A stretch of DNA of 64,000 bases. Source: Chitinophaga pinensis (GTDB taxonomy: Bacteria > Bacteroidota > Bacteroidia > NS11-12g > UBA9320). Shown one piece after another: positions 56,780 through 64,000 of the stretch (position 1 is the first letter of the stretch; each line of letters starts with the position of its first letter). The notes beneath the pieces were generated by a model that was given only the letters and a program-made list of their open reading frames with translations, searched no databases and was not told the DNA's origin. A program made the translations under genes and the position numbers. Location: assembly GCA_945889315.1 (NCBI GenBank), contig CAMDBP010000003.1, positions 326 to 64,325 of the forward strand, in the 5' to 3' direction.

Positions 56780-57430
56780 TTAAAATAAGGTTTTAAATTT
56801 TTCTAAATCTGCTTTTAACCAATCATCTATTTGAAGATGAGCGCCTTTTAGTCCTTTGTCGTCTCCGAATAAAATGCTTTTCATTCCTGCCTTTTTAGCT
56901 GCGGTAAGTCCCGCTTGTGAATCCTCAATAACCAAACATTCACTCGGATCGCACTGCAACTTGTCGGCTGCTAATAAAAATATATCGGGTTCAGGCTTAC
57001 TATTCTCTGTCATTCCACCGTCTACTATCGCGTGAAATTCTAATACCAAGTCTAATTTATCGATAATTCGTATAGCATTTCTACTAGATGAGCCTATCGC
57101 CACTTTAAGGCCAGCAGCCTTTGCTAAGTCATTGAATTCTTTAAATCCATCAAATACTTCGCTTGGCGTCATGGTATCAATACTTTCCAAATACATGGCA
57201 TTTTTCTTTAGAAGATACATCTGTTTATCTGCCTCGGATATTCTAGTGCCACTCCACTTCATAATTTTTTCAAGTGATTCTTTACGACCAACTCCTTTTA
57301 GCTTTTGATTTTGCTTTTCTGTCAAATGGTATTCCATTTGCTCAGCGACCCACTTCCAACTTTGATAGTGGTATTTTGCAGTGTCTGTAATAACACCGTC
57401 TAAATCATAGATGCACGCTTTTAAACTCAT
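56780..57430 (-). CDS. pgmB: beta-phosphoglucomutase (HAD superfamily)
   Basis: The IYDLDGVITDT nucleophile motif, GSSS, and EDSQAGL. It is adjacent to the GH65 gene. Confidence 0.85.
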   Translation of the reverse strand: MSLKACIYDLDGVITDTAKYHYQSWKWVAEQMEYHLTEKQNQKLKGVGRKESLEKIMKWSGTRISEADKQMYLLKKNAMYLESIDTMTPSEVFDGFKEFNDLAKAAGLKVAIGSSSRNAIRIIDKLDLVLEFHAIVDGGMTENSKPEPDIFLLAADKLQCDPSECLVIEDSQAGLTAAKKAGMKSILFGDDKGLKGAHLQIDDWLKADLEKFKTLF

Positions 57431-58287
57431 TTGTTAAGTTGATATAAATTAATATGGTATTCTGCTAGTGGTTCTACTGGTCGTTTTTCAATTTCACCTA
57501 CTGTGAAGCCGTATTTTTTTGCTACTTCATCCAAAATATCTCTAAAATAGTACGCAACGCTTCCTACAAAATGCACAGGAACTTCTCGGTAATTAGCATA
57601 ACAAAGGACATGTATTTCGGCGAAGCGATCAATCCCTTTAAATAGTAAATCTTTAATATAGGTATGGTTGGAATTTTTGCTACAGAAATGCATAAAGCTT
57701 GCAAGATATACGTTTGCATCTGGCAAATTATAGATTGCTTCAAATATTCCTTCTTTGGTTAGGTTATAATCTGCCTCAAGTGCCGAAGCTAAATCTTCTG
57801 GCATACGGTGGTATAACCAGTCTGCTAAAAGTATTTTACCAAAATAAGCGCCACTTGCCTCATCACCTAATACGTAACCAAGTGCAGGTACTTCTTCGTG
57901 CACTTCTGTGCCATCAAAGTAACATGAATTAGAGCCGGTGCCTATAATACATGATATTCCTTTATCCCCACGAGATGTAGCTAGCGCAGCCCCTTTTAAA
58001 TCATGGTCTACTAAGATATATGAGGCGTTCTCAAAAACACGTCTTAAACCTCCTTCAATAATTACATTTCTCTCGGTACTTGAGCAGCCAGCACCATAAA
58101 AATATACTGCATCAATCTTATCTCTGTAGGTCTGAAACAAGTCATTTTCCATTAACTTGGTATAGACTAAATTTCCATCATGAAAAAATGGATTAAAACC
58201 CATACTGTGTGTTTTATGGTGTACATTTTGGTCGTCTATAAGAATCCAATCGCACTTCGTTGAGCCGCTGTCGGCAACTAATATCAT
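57427..58287 (-). CDS. BadF/BadG/BcrA/BcrD-type ATPase (N-acetylglucosamine/glucose kinase-like)
   Basis: LVADSGSTKCDW and GTGSNS are ASKHA motifs. 4-nt overlap with pgmB. Confidence 0.75.
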   Translation of the reverse strand: MILVADSGSTKCDWILIDDQNVHHKTHSMGFNPFFHDGNLVYTKLMENDLFQTYRDKIDAVYFYGAGCSSTERNVIIEGGLRRVFENASYILVDHDLKGAALATSRGDKGISCIIGTGSNSCYFDGTEVHEEVPALGYVLGDEASGAYFGKILLADWLYHRMPEDLASALEADYNLTKEGIFEAIYNLPDANVYLASFMHFCSKNSNHTYIKDLLFKGIDRFAEIHVLCYANYREVPVHFVGSVAYYFRDILDEVAKKYGFTVGEIEKRPVEPLAEYHINLYQLNK

Positions 58288-58316
58288 GTCTTGTTTTATT
58301 ATTTTCGAGCAAACTT

Positions 58317-58333
58317 AGTGTAAAAATTACACT
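58317..58333. promoter_or_regulatory. 17-bp palindrome in the divergent promoter region (candidate operator)
   Basis: AGTGTAA-aaa-TTACACT, between the kinase operon (minus) and the Nudix-regulator operon (plus). Confidence 0.3.
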
Positions 58334-58385
58334 TTGAAAAAAATAGCTAATTTTACCACACGAAAAGAGCGTAGAATAGCAAAAA

Positions 58386-59132
58386 ATGGTACAAAAAAAT
58401 TCTATAATTTCTAACCCCAACGTCTCTGTAGACTGTGTGGTTTTTGGTTTTGATGGTGCAGATTTAAAGGTACTTTTAGTAGAGCGATATGGCAGAGACA
58501 ATCTTGATTTTCAGGATGATACGTTAGTACTTCCAGGTGACTTAATTAACAATCATGAAGACCTGAACGAGGCGGCTTCTCGGGTCCTATATGACCTTAC
58601 GGGATTGACTAAAATCTTTTTGCAACAAATAGGCGCATTTGGTAGCCCAAAAAGGCTGTCAAAACCAAAAGATATTGCTTGGTTAGATGCGGTAAGAATG
58701 AATCCCGAAGCTCGGGTAATTACAATTGGCTATTATGCCCTTATCAATATTAAGAATTATAAAGTTAGACCATCGAGTTTTGCAAAGCATGTAGTTTGGA
58801 GAGCATACGATGAAGTTGGAGAACTTGGATTTGATCATAATGATATTTTAGATAGAGCCATACATAATTTACGAGATCAGTTATATAGAGAGCCCATCGG
58901 TTTTGAATTGTTACCAAGTCATTTTTCGTTACATCAACTATATAGTTTATATAATGAGATTATGGGCGGTGGGATAGACAGAAGAAATTTTAGACGGAGA
59001 ATGTTAAAAACAGGATTTTTAAAAGAAACCGAAGAATATCAAGAAGGAGTTCCGCACAAGCCTGCTAGACTTTACACTTTCATTCCGGAAGAATTTGAAA
59101 ACGCAAGCAAGAACAATTTTAAATTTTATTAA
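58386..59132 (+). CDS. Nudix-domain transcription regulator (NrtR-like, Nudix + winged helix)
   Basis: A Nudix fold start (VDCVVFGF...LKVLLVER) with a degenerate Nudix box, and a C-terminal wHTH-like region (RRNFRRRM). Confidence 0.65.
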   Translation: MVQKNSIISNPNVSVDCVVFGFDGADLKVLLVERYGRDNLDFQDDTLVLPGDLINNHEDLNEAASRVLYDLTGLTKIFLQQIGAFGSPKRLSKPKDIAWLDAVRMNPEARVITIGYYALINIKNYKVRPSSFAKHVVWRAYDEVGELGFDHNDILDRAIHNLRDQLYREPIGFELLPSHFSLHQLYSLYNEIMGGGIDRRNFRRRMLKTGFLKETEEYQEGVPHKPARLYTFIPEEFENASKNNFKFY

Positions 59133-59136
59133 ATAG

Positions 59137-60540
59137 ATGAGTACAATTTCGGTAAAACCGACGCTAAGTTTTTGGCAAATATGGAACATGAGTTTTGGCT
59201 TTTTGGGTATCCAGTTTGGATTTGCACTCCAAGGCGGATTTATGTCCCGTATTTTTTTAACGCTAGGAGCACAGCCTCACGACATTCCAGGATTATGGTT
59301 AGCGGCACCATTAGCAGGGTTAATTGTTCAACCCATTATCGGTTACATGAGTGACCGCACTTGGAGCGAACGTTATGGTAGAAGAAAACCTTTCTTTTTC
59401 ATTGGCGCTGTACTAGCATCTATCGCTTTAATAGTGATGCCTCATTCGCCGTTGCTTTGGATCGCTGCAGGTAGTTTACTTATGCTAGATGCGTCTATCA
59501 ATATTAGCATGGAACCTTTTAGAGCGCTTGTTGCAGATAAGCTAGACGAATCGCAACGCTCGTATGGTTTTATGGTACAAACACTTATAATCGGTATTGG
59601 AACATGGGTAGCAAGTCAGTTGCCCTACCTTCTTAACGTTCTGGGAGTAAGTAATGAAGCTGCTGATACGGTAATTCCAGACAATGTAAAGCTGGCATTT
59701 TTTATAGGAGGCATAGTCTTCTTGGGGTCTATCTTATTTACCATATTTACAACAACTGAATATCCACCAGAGGATATTGTAGCATTTGAAAAAGAGAAAA
59801 AAGAATCTGAAGGATTTGTAAATGCCACAAAAGAGATAATTAATAATATTATTGCCATGCCTACTACAATGAAAAAATTAGGTGTGATTCAATTTTTTTC
59901 GTGGTTTGCATTTTTTACCATGTGGAGTATGGCCACACCAGCACTCACAGAGCATGTATTTAATGCACCCAAACCAGACATGAGTATTCTAGATAAAACG
60001 GATGAAGTTGCTATGGCGGCGTACATTGCTGCGGATGCTAACTTTAATAATGCGGCCGACTTAGTAGGTTCTGCGATGGGAACGTATGGTTTGAGTTCTA
60101 TGGTATTTGCTCTTATGTTTGTGCTCATCACGCGTAAACTCACCATAAATAGGAAGTTGGTACACATGTTGAGTTTAATGGCAGGAGGGCTTGGCTTTAT
60201 TCTCATGTATTATGCAGATAGTCAAAATATGTTGCATATATGCTTTGGCTTAATTGGCATCTCATGGGGCAGCATTTTATCCTTGCCGTATGCCATGCTA
60301 TCTAGCTCTATAGATCCTAAAAAAATGGGTATTTTCATGGGTCTTTTCAATATGTTTATTGTAATTCCTCAGATAGTAGCGGCTTTAGGTGGTATTAATT
60401 TCTTATCTAGTACGCTATTTGGAGAAGCTACAATTAATACCATGCTGTTGGCTGGTGCATGTTTATTTGTTGCGGGGATTAGCAATCTTTTAATTACAGA
60501 TGCAAAAGCAATCAGCTATCAAGCGGACAACGTAGCCTAG
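59137..60540 (+). CDS. MFS/GPH-type sugar:cation symporter (SLC45/sucrose-maltose transporter-like)
   Basis: 12 TM helices and the motif DRTWSERYGRRKPF. Confidence 0.8.
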   Translation: MSTISVKPTLSFWQIWNMSFGFLGIQFGFALQGGFMSRIFLTLGAQPHDIPGLWLAAPLAGLIVQPIIGYMSDRTWSERYGRRKPFFFIGAVLASIALIVMPHSPLLWIAAGSLLMLDASINISMEPFRALVADKLDESQRSYGFMVQTLIIGIGTWVASQLPYLLNVLGVSNEAADTVIPDNVKLAFFIGGIVFLGSILFTIFTTTEYPPEDIVAFEKEKKESEGFVNATKEIINNIIAMPTTMKKLGVIQFFSWFAFFTMWSMATPALTEHVFNAPKPDMSILDKTDEVAMAAYIAADANFNNAADLVGSAMGTYGLSSMVFALMFVLITRKLTINRKLVHMLSLMAGGLGFILMYYADSQNMLHICFGLIGISWGSILSLPYAMLSSSIDPKKMGIFMGLFNMFIVIPQIVAALGGINFLSSTLFGEATINTMLLAGACLFVAGISNLLITDAKAISYQADNVA

Positions 60541-62769
60541 ATGAGAATTTACTCTTTCTTAACGCTACTGCTAATACTTGGTGTTAATAGTAAGGCTCAA
60601 CATAACCTTCCAGGCAAAGGAGATGTGTTCAGAGACGACATTCTTCCTAGTATTTATATTACCATTCCCGCAGATTCGTTAGGTGTAATTTTAACGTTTG
60701 AGAATAGGTACAGCGACTATGAGTACCATGCCAACTTTGTTTTTGAGAATGGAAACGTACGTGATTCGATAGCCAATATCGGATTTAGATTGCGCGGTAA
60801 TACGTCACGTGATGCATCCAAAAAGTCATTTAAAATCTCGTTTAATACCTACGAGTCGGGCAGAAAGTATGACGGTTTAGAGAAAATGAATATCAATGGC
60901 GAACACAACGACCCCAGTATAACCCGGACCAAGTTGTGCTTTGATCTGCTGGACTATTTAGAAGTACCCGCCTCTCGTACCAATCATGTGAAACTCTTTA
61001 TCAATGGAGTTTATTTTGGCCTGTATATGAATGTGGAGCATTACGATGAAGAGTTTACCAAAAGTAGATTTGATGGACAGGGAAATTTATATAAATGTAC
61101 GTATGGAGCAGATTTGAGTTATAAAGGAACTAATCCTTCTGCCTACAGGTTGCCTTTTTATGAGATACATAATGCAAATTCACCCACGGCCTACCAAGAT
61201 CTAGCTCATTTTATTGACGTTTTGAATAACACGTCAAGTGCTAATTTTGAATGTGAATTAGAACGTGTTTTTAATGTAAACTCGTACCTCAAGTGTATGG
61301 TTATGGATGTGTTAACAGGCAATTGGGATGGACCTAACTATAACATGAATAATTTCTACTTGTACTTTAATAATGCCACGGGTCAATTTGAATATATTCC
61401 GTTTGATTTAGACAATACCTTTGGCATAGACTGGCTTGGCAAGGATTGGACAACCCAAAATATTTATAATTGGAGTAAATCTGGTGCTAAGCGTCCGTTA
61501 TATACCAAGATTCTTGCACGACCAACCTATGCCAAACGATTTACGTATTTACTAGATAAAACCCTTAACGAGTATTTTAATAAGGCAGCATATACCACTA
61601 AGTTCACACAGATTTTAGGGTTAATAAGTACAGCAGCTTCGGCCGATACCATGAAAAGATTGGATTACGGGTTTACCCAAACGGATTTTCTAAACTCATA
61701 TACCTTTTTTAGTAAAGACCATGTGAATTACGGCCTCCAGGATTATATCACTAGGCGTTTCAATTCTGCTAAATCACAACTACAAACCGTTGTGTCAGTT
61801 GGAGCACTTCCTTATTGGCATTCTGTACGTACAGATTATACAACGGATTCTATTTCAATTACGCTCAATACGAAAGGTGATTCAAAAGTAGACTACGTGT
61901 TGTTAACGTACAATTGGGGAAGTCAATCTGCGATTTGGACCGATACCTTGAGGCAAGTAAGTAACACGGATGATTATACGATTACGATGGCCTGGAATCC
62001 CTCTGTGCTCGAGGTTTCTTATTCATTTGCACTAGTTACAATAGACAATAAGCAGATTTCATATCCTGTGTGTGATATGTTCAGGAGCACTAAAAGCAGA
62101 ACAGATATTAAGTTATACCTGAATGAACTAATGGCAGATAATGCTACAATTTTTTATGATGAAAACGGGATGTACGAAGATTGGATTGAGCTATTTTATG
62201 ACGGAGAAACCTCACTTAACTTAGGAGAGTTTTATATTACCGATGATATTACCAATCCACAAAAATACAGATTGCCTAGCGTAACTATTTCTCCAAAAAG
62301 CTTTCCAATAGTTTGGGCAGATAATGTGGGAGAAGGAATGCATGCCTCCTTCAAACTAGGCAAAGCGGGAGAAACGTGTGCAATTTTTGACAAGAATGGA
62401 GCGCTTATAGACCAAATAACCTTTGGTGTGCAAACACAAGATGTGTCTTATGGTAGGCAAAATGATGGTAAAACACCCTGGGTGAGTTTTTTAAAACCTA
62501 CACCCGGTGCGAGTAATAATGCGAATGCTTGGCTAGAAGAGGCAGGGATGCAACTAGGCTTTTATCCCAATCCTACTTCGGGAATGGTGTATTTTACCCA
62601 TGTGCCAGCTGAATCTAGCTATAAGGTGATGAGCATGAATGGTACTAGTTTAAGGGAAGGGACAGTAAATTCAGCGCTTGATTTGCGTGATTTTCAGAAT
62701 GGAATGTATCTTATCCAAGTGAATATTGGTCAAGCTGTATTTATAGAAAAGCTTATTCTTTTAAACTAA
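60541..62769 (+). CDS. CotH kinase-family protein with lamin-tail-like domain and T9SS C-terminal sorting domain
   Basis: CotH core (RLRGNTSR, INGEHNDPS, VLTGNWDGPNYN), an LTD-like segment (LNELMADN...), and C-terminus FYPNPTSGMVYF...GMYLIQV. Confidence 0.78.
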   Translation: MRIYSFLTLLLILGVNSKAQHNLPGKGDVFRDDILPSIYITIPADSLGVILTFENRYSDYEYHANFVFENGNVRDSIANIGFRLRGNTSRDASKKSFKISFNTYESGRKYDGLEKMNINGEHNDPSITRTKLCFDLLDYLEVPASRTNHVKLFINGVYFGLYMNVEHYDEEFTKSRFDGQGNLYKCTYGADLSYKGTNPSAYRLPFYEIHNANSPTAYQDLAHFIDVLNNTSSANFECELERVFNVNSYLKCMVMDVLTGNWDGPNYNMNNFYLYFNNATGQFEYIPFDLDNTFGIDWLGKDWTTQNIYNWSKSGAKRPLYTKILARPTYAKRFTYLLDKTLNEYFNKAAYTTKFTQILGLISTAASADTMKRLDYGFTQTDFLNSYTFFSKDHVNYGLQDYITRRFNSAKSQLQTVVSVGALPYWHSVRTDYTTDSISITLNTKGDSKVDYVLLTYNWGSQSAIWTDTLRQVSNTDDYTITMAWNPSVLEVSYSFALVTIDNKQISYPVCDMFRSTKSRTDIKLYLNELMADNATIFYDENGMYEDWIELFYDGETSLNLGEFYITDDITNPQKYRLPSVTISPKSFPIVWADNVGEGMHASFKLGKAGETCAIFDKNGALIDQITFGVQTQDVSYGRQNDGKTPWVSFLKPTPGASNNANAWLEEAGMQLGFYPNPTSGMVYFTHVPAESSYKVMSMNGTSLREGTVNSALDLRDFQNGMYLIQVNIGQAVFIEKLILLN

Positions 62770-62771
62770 AA

Positions 62772-63245
62772 CTAAGGCATAGGTAATTCACATGGGTCAC
62801 ACACCACGTGAATGTTTTGAAAAACTTTAGATGTCTTTTTATCTATAGAAAAAGACACATTAGGTGTACGATTATGTTTTAATTGACACTCTAATTTGAC
62901 CATAGCTTCCTTGGTAAATGGTAAGTTTTGTGGTGGTTGCATAAGAGGTGCAATAAATATATAGTATTTACCATCGGTTAGTCCATTTACAAGGCATTTT
63001 CCATCTTTAACATCCAGGGTTATGACATTGTCTGCTCGATTTTCTGATCTGTGAAGATAAATAAGGCCATTATAGGGTTTAGCGGCGCGCAATTCAGCAA
63101 CGATCTCAGCAGTAGGGTAAGCGCCACCACAATAGTCTCGGGTTACAGTTAGGTTGAGTTTTATAAAGCGATTTTCTATCTTTTTAGTTTTACAGCCTAA
63201 TAGAGTAGATAGAAGGATAAGGATAAGTAAACTATAATTTTTCAC
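62772..63245 (-). CDS. lipoprotein, function unknown
   Basis: The GTG at 63245 gives (M)KNYSLLILILLSTLLGCK with a lipobox. The ORF-track start at 63320 lies inside the upstream terminator. Confidence 0.5.
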   Translation of the reverse strand: MKNYSLLILILLSTLLGCKTKKIENRFIKLNLTVTRDYCGGAYPTAEIVAELRAAKPYNGLIYLHRSENRADNVITLDVKDGKCLVNGLTDGKYYIFIAPLMQPPQNLPFTKEAMVKLECQLKHNRTPNVSFSIDKKTSKVFQNIHVVCDPCELPMP

Positions 63246-63293
63246 TAGGCAATAATAATTGAAAAGAGCCAGAGACAGACCATTTGTATAGGC

Positions 63294-63327
63294 AAAAAAA
63301 AAGAGGTGCACATCGTGCACCTCTTTT
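63294..63327 (-). terminator. rho-independent terminator of the SusE/F-like gene
   Basis: AGAGGTGCAC-atc-GTGCACCTCT, a 10-bp stem flanked by A8 and T4, with T8 following it on the minus strand. Confidence 0.75.
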
Positions 63328-63350
63328 AGGGTAAGACTTTTCGTCGTTAC

Positions 63351-64000
63351 TTATTTTTTAGTAAATGAAACTGATTTAGTTTCTGCTTTTGCATCGATAA
63401 CAAAAACGATGTCATAAGAACCATCAGCTTTTACTTGCATGTTACCACCTGCATCTTGAATGTCAGCAGCTGCTGGTCCACCGATGATGTTACCATCGTA
63501 ACCTACGTTGATGTCATCCCAAGTACCTGCAGTTCTGATTTTGAAACCTCCAGTAGCAACAAGCGCTACATTGCTGAAAGTCCAAGTGTAAACGTCACCT
63601 GCTTTTGCAGGAGTTGAAGAGAAGCTATTATCAGCCCAAGTGTTTCCTGGTATTGCATCGCCAATAAGACCTACAGAAACTGCAGAATAATCTCTTGCTG
63701 GAACGTCTCCAGTTCTAGTAATCATTGCTTTGTGACCTTCGCCAGCAGTCCAAGTGATAGAAAGATCGTAGATACCGCTTTTGTCAGTAGCCATGTTGCT
63801 TCCACCTGCTACAAGCATATCAGGAGTACCACCAAAGTTAGTGTTGAATTTAACACCCATTTTACCATTTCCTAAATCTTCAGTTGCATCTAACTCAACT
63901 TTCCAACCTCCAGAATATCTAAATTTCCACTCACCAGCAGATAATTGAATACCTTTAGCAGAGAAAGTCATAGAAGAAGTACTGAATGCAGAAGCAGTTA
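63351..64000 (-). CDS. SusE/SusF-family starch-binding outer-membrane protein (5' end outside window)
   Basis: Repeated CBM-like motifs (GEWKFRYSGGW, GGFKIRTAGTWDDINVG). The frame stays open to the window edge. Confidence 0.65.
   Translation of the reverse strand, partial: TASAFSTSSMTFSAKGIQLSAGEWKFRYSGGWKVELDATEDLGNGKMGVKFNTNFGGTPDMLVAGGSNMATDKSGIYDLSITWTAGEGHKAMITRTGDVPARDYSAVSVGLIGDAIPGNTWADNSFSSTPAKAGDVYTWTFSNVALVATGGFKIRTAGTWDDINVGYDGNIIGGPAAADIQDAGGNMQVKADGSYDIVFVIDAKAETKSVSFTKK

Noticed and set aside
1-64000. Scan for CRISPR arrays, IS elements/transposases, integrases, rRNA and prophage genes
   Set aside because: I saw no regularly spaced short repeats, and none of the listed ORFs have transposase, integrase, recombinase or phage-structural motifs.

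Overview
This 64-kb chromosomal window looks like a Bacteroidota (Flavobacteriia-like) genome. Supporting signs are two T9SS C-terminal sorting domains, a SusE/F-like protein, a fused ccoNO gene and a perfect TTG-N19-TAnnTTTG promoter. Most of it is housekeeping: a cbb3 oxidase cluster ccoNO-Q-P-G-H plus a DsbD_2-like gene (3-5714), tRNA-Leu(TAA) and tRNA-Gly(GCC) (18264-18555), gpmI, guaA, htpG, miaE and a histidine kinase/response regulator pair. There is also a Czc-type heavy-metal RND operon (37588-43927). An alpha-glucan/maltose utilisation locus spans 49652-64000, with two GH13, a GH65 phosphorylase, pgmB, a sugar kinase, a Nudix-type regulator, an MFS symporter and a SusE/F-like protein. 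The only clearly accessory stretch is about 6.7-16.1 kb, which looks AT-richer by eye. It holds a PL6-like T9SS lyase, a DUF4403-like protein, an orphan amidohydrolase, a signal-peptide HNH nuclease with a small downstream ORF, and small secreted proteins. My best candidate for something undescribed is the 11.2-14.1 kb module. There, a ~380-bp diverged direct repeat (period ~1911 bp) brackets the amidohydrolase gene, duplicates a whole divergent intergenic region, and runs into the secreted HNH nuclease / putative immunity pair. I cannot assign this module to any named system. Other items worth a second look:
- an in-frame RND-OMF fusion that keeps a fossil signal peptide;
- a two-CxxCH lipoprotein inside the metal-efflux operon;
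- three genes whose signal peptide or first TM helix is reachable only from ATC/ATT/CTG codons;
- an unlisted cytochrome-b5-like gene with an in-frame TAG;
- a DUF2029/GT87-like membrane protein embedded between two amylase genes.
I saw no CRISPR array, transposase, integrase or rRNA. All product calls come from motif recognition by eye, not from database searches.
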